Notes under the pieces: generated by a model
The model's database searches: none
Told to the model about the DNA's origin: nothing
What the model saw: only the letters and a program-made list of their open reading frames with translations
Translations under genes and position numbers: made by a program
Assembly: GCF_000014785.1 (NCBI RefSeq)
Contig: NC_008340.1
Coordinates: forward strand, 1,590,001-1,622,000
Reading direction: 5' to 3'
Source: Alkalilimnicola ehrlichii MLHE-1
Lineage (GTDB): Bacteria > Pseudomonadota > Gammaproteobacteria > Nitrococcales > Halorhodospiraceae
DNA: 32,000 bases
In this document: in pieces, positions 27,402 through 32,000 of the stretch
How positions within the stretch are numbered: position 1 is the stretch's first letter
Layout: every line of letters begins with the position of its first letter

Positions 27402-28382
27402 TCAGGGATTGCGCTCCACCAGCTCCACCCGGCGGTTCTCCGCACGGCCGGCTTCGGTACGGTTGCTGGTCACCGGTGCCATCATGCCCGCGCCCGCCGC
27501 CTGCAGGCGGTCGCCATCGATGCCGTGTTCCCGCTGCAGCCAGCGCACCACGGCCTCGGCGCGTTCCATGGACAGGGTCAGGTTATAGTCGTAGTCACCG
27601 GTGCTGTCGGTATGGCCCACCACCAGCAACGTCAGGTCCGGCTGCTCCGACATCAGCTCGGCGATGGCCTCCAGCGCGTCCGCGGAGTCCGGCAGGATTT
27701 CGGCGCTGTTGACGGCGAAGAGGATATTCTGGATGGCCACCCGGCCGTCCTCGACTAGGCCGGTCTCCATCTCGCCGGCCGTCAGCGGCTTGTGCTCCAT
27801 CGCCGTCGCCATCTCCTCGGCGGTCACGATGGCCTTGGAGACCGCCGGGCCATCCACGCCGCGGGCGTTATAGATGGCGATGGCCGCCAGCACCTCACCG
27901 CTCCCTGAGCGCGCGGCGATATAGCGGACCTGACGGTCACGGTTGGCCACGCGGCAGCAGTCGCGGGCACCGCGCTCAAAGAGACCGGACTGGATGAAAA
28001 ACGTGCGGCCGTCGCCGCCGGAGAGCTCCGCCTCGCTGCCGGTGTACAGGATGTCGAAGCCGCTATCCTCCAACGCATGGATATAACTGCGTTTTACGCG
28101 GAGCGTGGCGACGCTGGGGTCGTCGAAGACGTAGCTTTGACTGAGCACCTCCCCTTCCATGACCGCCGTGGACTCGAAACCCTCGCCGGTGTAGGGGCCG
28201 GTTGGCACGGTCAGGCGGTCGAAATCGGTGACGTCGTGATAGACGATGTAAGAGCCGGCGACGCGGGGCACGTCCGGATGGTCCCCGGCGCCTTCAATGT
28301 CCTGGCTGGCCGGTGCGAGGCCGGCGGTCAGGAAGGCGCCAAAGGCGGTGGCGAGGACAAAGGGGCCGACGGTTCGGTGCAT
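27402..28382 (-). CDS. OmpA-domain protein with DUF4892-like N-terminal region
   Basis: From MHRTVGPFVLATAFGAFLTAGLAPASQ (signal peptide); DHPDVPRVAGSYIVYHDVTDFDRLTVPTGP resembles DUF4892; C-terminal LLVVGHTDSTGDYDYNLTLSMERAEAVVRWLQREHGIDGDRLQAAGAG...NRTEAGRAENRRVEL is OmpA C-like. Confidence 0.87.
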   Translation of the reverse strand: MHRTVGPFVLATAFGAFLTAGLAPASQDIEGAGDHPDVPRVAGSYIVYHDVTDFDRLTVPTGPYTGEGFESTAVMEGEVLSQSYVFDDPSVATLRVKRSYIHALEDSGFDILYTGSEAELSGGDGRTFFIQSGLFERGARDCCRVANRDRQVRYIAARSGSGEVLAAIAIYNARGVDGPAVSKAIVTAEEMATAMEHKPLTAGEMETGLVEDGRVAIQNILFAVNSAEILPDSADALEAIAELMSEQPDLTLLVVGHTDSTGDYDYNLTLSMERAEAVVRWLQREHGIDGDRLQAAGAGMMAPVTSNRTEAGRAENRRVELVERNP

Positions 28383-28505
28383 GCGGTTCTCCTTCACTGA
28401 GGTGCGGGGCACGGTTGACCCTTTGAAGATAGCCAATTTCCTACCGGATTGGGCCCCGTTTTCGGGGCGCGACGCCGTTCGCGCCGCAGGGGGCAGCAGA
28501 GGCGA

Positions 28506-29492
28506 CTAAGGGATCAGCACGGCGGCGCCCTGCAGGCGACCGCCGCGCAGGTCATCCAGGGCCTGATTGGCCTGGTCCAGGGGGTACTCCACCACTTCCG
28601 TGCGTACCGGCACCTCGGGCGCAAGGGCCATGAAGGCCTCACCATCGGCCCGGGTCAGGTTGGCGACCGAGCAGAGGCTGCGTTCGCCCCAGAGCCAGGC
28701 GTAGGGGAACGAGGGGATATCGCTCATGTGGATGCCGCCACAGACCACCCGGCCGCCCTTGCGCACCGCACGCAGGGCCTGGGGGACCAGGTCGCCGACG
28801 GGGGCAAAGATGATGGCCGCGTCCAATGGCTTGGGTGGCAGCCGGTCCGAGGGCCCGGCCCAGCAGGCGCCGAGGGCGCGGGCAAACGCCTGGGCCTTTT
28901 GATCCCCCGGACGGGTGAAGGCGTAGAGGTCGCGCTCCTGGTGGCGCGCCACCTGGGCCACGATATGGGCCGCCGCACCGAAACCGTAGATCCCCAGACG
29001 GCGGGCGTCGTCGCCGGCCATGCTCAGTGAGCGGTGACCGATGAGCCCGGCGCACAACAGTGGCGCGGCGCCGGCGTCGGTGTACGCGGCGGGGATCGGG
29101 AAGCAGAACCGCTCGTCGGCGATGGCGTATTCAGCGTAACCGCCCTGCAACTGGTAGCCGGTGAACCGTGCCTGGTCGCAGAGGTTTTCCCGGCCGGCGC
29201 GGCAATGATCGCAGGTCCCGCAGGTATGGCCGAGCCAGGGCACCCCCACCCGGTCGCCCGGGCGGTACCTTTGGCAGCCCTCGCCCACGCGGTCCACCAC
29301 ACCGACGATCTCATGGCCCGGGATGATGGGCAGTACGGGGTCCGGCAACTCGCCGTCCACCACGTGCAGATCCGTGCGGCAGACGGCGCAGGCGCGCACC
29401 CGGAGGCGGAGTTGCCCGATGCCGGGCTCCGGGACGGGCCAGGATTGGGCCTGCAGGGCCTGCCCCGGGGCCTCCAGCGCCATCACCCGCAT
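28506..29492 (-). CDS. Zinc-dependent alcohol dehydrogenase family protein
   Basis: CRTDLHVVDGELPDPVLPIIPGHEIVGVVDRVGEGCQRYRPGDRVGVPWLGHTCGTCDHCRAGRENLCDQARFTGYQLQGGYAEYA (catalytic and structural zinc motifs). Start could also be 29522. Confidence 0.92.
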   Translation of the reverse strand: MRVMALEAPGQALQAQSWPVPEPGIGQLRLRVRACAVCRTDLHVVDGELPDPVLPIIPGHEIVGVVDRVGEGCQRYRPGDRVGVPWLGHTCGTCDHCRAGRENLCDQARFTGYQLQGGYAEYAIADERFCFPIPAAYTDAGAAPLLCAGLIGHRSLSMAGDDARRLGIYGFGAAAHIVAQVARHQERDLYAFTRPGDQKAQAFARALGACWAGPSDRLPPKPLDAAIIFAPVGDLVPQALRAVRKGGRVVCGGIHMSDIPSFPYAWLWGERSLCSVANLTRADGEAFMALAPEVPVRTEVVEYPLDQANQALDDLRGGRLQGAAVLIP

Positions 29493-29631
29493 GGTGGTGC
29501 GTTCCGTATCCTCTGCTTCCATTTCCCCTTCCCGGTCATCTGCTGCGGTAACCCTTACAATTATGGTCAGGCGCGGCGTTCCGGGGCTACCCTGGGCGCC
29601 CTATCCGGAATCACGAGTCGCTGGAGGCCCC

Positions 29632-30777
29632 ATGTGGTGGCAGGCAGAGTTCCCGCAGGATGATGGTATCGCCTATCTCAATCACGCCGGGGTGAGCCCC
29701 TGGCCGGCGTGCACCCGTGACGCGGTCGCCGAGTTCGCCGCCGAGAACGTCCGCCAGGGTGCGGCCGCCTACCCGCGATGGCTGGAAGCGGAACATCGAC
29801 TGAAGAACCGGTTGGCTGAGCTGATCAACGCGCCCTCCTCCGATACCATTGCGCTGGTGAAAAACACCTCCGAGGGGCTGTCCATGATCGCCTGGGGCCT
29901 GGACTGGGCCCCGGGGGACGAGGTGGTGATCAACCGCCATGAATTCCCGTCCAATCGTATCGTGTGGGAGTCGCTGGCGCGCCTGGGTGTGCGGGTGCGC
30001 GATGTTTCGTGGACGGTGGGTGACCCTGATCCCGAGTCCCGCCTGATCGAGGCCATGGGGCCAAAGACCCGCCTACTGGCGGTGAGCACGGTGCAGTACG
30101 CCAGCGGTGAGCGGATGGACATCGCGCGCCTGGTCACCGCCTGCCGGGAGCGGGGGGTGCTCTGCTGCGTCGACGGGATCCAGAGCCTGGGGGCGCTGCC
30201 CCTGGATGTGGCGGCGCTGGCGCCGGATTTTGTGGTGGCGGATGGGCACAAGTGGCTGCTGGGCCCGGAGGGGTTGGGTTTTATGTACGTCCGCCCGGAG
30301 CTGATCGGCCAGCTCCAGCTCTATCAGTACGGCTGGCACATGGTGGAGCACGCGGGGGACTACGACCGTAGTGACTGGGCGCCGGCCGCCAGTGCCCGTC
30401 GCTTCGAGTGCGGCAGCCCCAATATGCTCGGGGTGCACGCGCTGGTGGCCAGCGTCAGCCTGCTGCTGGAGGTGGGGCCGGACACGATCGCCGAGAACGT
30501 GCTCGATAACACCCGCCACCTGATGGACTGGGTGGATCAACGGCCGGAACTGGAGCTGATCACGCCCCGGGAGGGGGGGCGCCACGCGGGCATCGTCACC
30601 TTCCGGGCCCCGGGGGCGGATGCCCGTGCACTGTGGAAACGGCTCTCATCGGCGGGTGTGGTCGCCGCCCACCGCATGGGCGGCGTGCGTTTCTCGCCCC
30701 ATTTTTACACCGAGCCAACCCGCCTGGAGTACGCCACCGAGCAACTCCTCGCCGCCCTGCCCCACTGCCGGGCTTGA
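29632..30777 (+). CDS. Class V aminotransferase family (cysteine desulfurase-like fold) PLP enzyme
   Basis: DGIAYLNHAGVSPWP, LVKNTSEGLSMIAWGLDWAPGDEVVINRHEFPSNRIVWESL, CCVDGIQSLGALPLDVAALAPDFVVADGHKWLLGPEGLGFMYV (PLP lysine in DGHKWL). ORF-track start at 29323 lies antisense to the ADH gene. Confidence 0.9.
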   Translation: MWWQAEFPQDDGIAYLNHAGVSPWPACTRDAVAEFAAENVRQGAAAYPRWLEAEHRLKNRLAELINAPSSDTIALVKNTSEGLSMIAWGLDWAPGDEVVINRHEFPSNRIVWESLARLGVRVRDVSWTVGDPDPESRLIEAMGPKTRLLAVSTVQYASGERMDIARLVTACRERGVLCCVDGIQSLGALPLDVAALAPDFVVADGHKWLLGPEGLGFMYVRPELIGQLQLYQYGWHMVEHAGDYDRSDWAPAASARRFECGSPNMLGVHALVASVSLLLEVGPDTIAENVLDNTRHLMDWVDQRPELELITPREGGRHAGIVTFRAPGADARALWKRLSSAGVVAAHRMGGVRFSPHFYTEPTRLEYATEQLLAALPHCRA

Positions 30778-30803
30778 GCGGGCGGGGCAGGCACCGCGAG
30801 GCC

Positions 30804-31166
30804 TCACATGGTGTGGGTGGGGCGGTCCGACTCCAGGGCGCCGGCCAGGTACTCCTCAATCTTGCGGCGGGCGGCGCCGTTGTCCTTGTCGGAGAACTGC
30901 ACCCCGACGCCGGCGGTGCGGTTGCCTTGGGCCCCCTGGGGGGTGATCCAGGCGATGCGCCCGACCACCGGGATCTTCTCCGACTCCTCCATGAGCGAGA
31001 GCAGCATGAAGACCTCGTCGCCGAGCTGGTAGCTTTTGCTGTTGGGCACGAAGAGGCCACCGTTTTTCAGGAACGGCATATAGGCGGCATAGAGGGCCGA
31101 CTTGTCCTTGATGGACAAGGACAGAATGCCGTGACGACTACGGGGCTTACGAGGTGTTTCCGCCAT
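30804..31166 (-). CDS. pilZ: PilZ domain protein (type IV pilus-associated type)
   Basis: GILSLSIKDKSALYAAYMPFLKNGGLFVPNSKSYQLGDEVFMLLSLMEESEKIPVVGRIAWITPQGAQGNRTAGVGVQFSD; next to holB as in many gammaproteobacteria. Confidence 0.92.
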   Translation of the reverse strand: MAETPRKPRSRHGILSLSIKDKSALYAAYMPFLKNGGLFVPNSKSYQLGDEVFMLLSLMEESEKIPVVGRIAWITPQGAQGNRTAGVGVQFSDKDNGAARRKIEEYLAGALESDRPTHTM

Positions 31167-31237
31167 ACGCTGCTCTCCTCCCTGCCGTTAGTCTCCCACG
31201 CCCGCCCCGGGATTGAAACCGGCGCAGGGCAGCGGCG

Positions 31238-32000
31238 TCAGACCGCTTCCAACCAACCCACCAGCAACGACTCCCTGACCAACTGCGGATTGAGCGGGTG
31301 GCCCTGGCGGTACTGGGCCTCGTGGACCGCCTCCAGGTGGCCGAGGACGGCGGTCGGGGTTGTCTCCGCCGCCAGCGCCCGGAGCGGGGCGGCGGGCGCA
31401 GCACGGCTCGCCTCCGCCCCCCCGGCCTGGAACCGGGCCAGTTCGGCGAGCAGGGTGGCCAACACATCCAGAAACACCGGAAGGTCCAGGTCGGCCCAGT
31501 CGCGGGCCAGCGCGATCGGGTCCTGGCGGCCCTGGTGCAGGGCGAGCAGATCCGCGGCGAGGCGATCCAATCGCTCGGGTAGCCCCGCCTCCTCCCAGGC
31601 CAGCCCCCGGAAGGGCGCCCCCCCGGCCAGCGCCAAGGTGCGCTCGGTGACGGTCAGCCCCTGGCCCCGCAACCCGCTCAAGGCCCTCTCCGCGGGCGGG
31701 ACCGGTATCGTCAGGTGGCGGCAGCGACTGCGGATGGTGGCGGGCAGTTGCGCCGGGCGTGAGCTCACCAATACCAGGAGAGTGGTGGCGGGCGGTTCCT
31801 CGAGGGTCTTCAGCAGGCTGTTGGCCGCATTGACGGTCAGGGTGTCCGCCGGATCGATCAGTGCGATCCGCCATCCACCGAACCGCGCACTCAGGTTGAG
31901 AAAGCGTCCGAGGGCACGCACCGCATCGACGGTAATCACCGCCCGCTCCTCGGGCGCCAAGTGGCGGAAATCCGGGTGCAGGCCCCGAGCCAGCGCGCGA
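31238..32000 (-). CDS. holB: DNA polymerase III delta' subunit, 5' end beyond window
   Basis: RALARGLHPDFRHLAPEERAVITVDAVRALGRFLNLSARFGGWRIALIDPADTLTVNAANSLLKTLEEPPATTLLVLVSSRPAQLPATIRSRCRHLTIPVP. Frame stays open to the window edge; the TTG at 31960 is probably not the start. Confidence 0.93.
   Translation of the reverse strand, partial: RALARGLHPDFRHLAPEERAVITVDAVRALGRFLNLSARFGGWRIALIDPADTLTVNAANSLLKTLEEPPATTLLVLVSSRPAQLPATIRSRCRHLTIPVPPAERALSGLRGQGLTVTERTLALAGGAPFRGLAWEEAGLPERLDRLAADLLALHQGRQDPIALARDWADLDLPVFLDVLATLLAELARFQAGGAEASRAAPAAPLRALAAETTPTAVLGHLEAVHEAQYRQGHPLNPQLVRESLLVGWLEAV

Noticed and set aside
27285-27758. 157-aa + strand ORF crossing the AT-rich element into the OmpA-like gene
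   Set aside because: Mostly antisense to the conserved OmpA domain and its start lies upstream of the candidate promoter.
28453-28485. Overlapping small hairpins (GCCCCG-TTTT-CGGGGC and GGCGCG-N8-CGCGCC) between the ADH and OmpA-like genes
   Set aside because: Six-bp GC arms are common by chance at this GC content and there is no T-tract in the minus-strand direction; possible weak terminator only.

Overview
GC-rich gammaproteobacterial chromosomal window with roughly 22 well-supported protein-coding genes and almost no long non-coding sequence. In order: a CusCBA-type heavy-metal RND efflux operon (outer-membrane factor truncated at the left edge) with a CusF-like gene; a PagL-like outer-membrane protein; prfC; a TraB/PrgY-family protein; an MtfA-like peptidase; a PrpE-like acyl-CoA synthetase; a MotA/MotB-type pair; dusB; a D-2-hydroxyacid dehydrogenase; an SDR; a lipoprotein cytochrome c; a LysR regulator; cytochrome b561; YceI; a SAM methyltransferase; a TetR-controlled tripartite RND multidrug pump; an OmpA-domain protein; a zinc alcohol dehydrogenase; a class V aminotransferase; a PilZ protein; and holB (5' end beyond the right edge). 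I saw no tRNA/rRNA, CRISPR array, transposase, phage, toxin-antitoxin or defence genes, and no convincing new multigene system. The most interesting signals are non-coding: (i) a DnaA-box-like cluster in the dusB/dehydrogenase gap (about 15009-15221); (ii) a long inverted repeat between tetR and the pump genes resembling the E. coli AcrR operator as I remember it; (iii) a perfect 18-bp palindrome upstream of the motA-like gene; (iv) a T-tract terminator-like hairpin and a promoter-like dyad with no assigned gene. The CusB-like adaptor also carries a C-terminal CusF-like domain paralogous to the free-standing CusF-like protein. All calls are from reading the sequence; no searches or folding were run.
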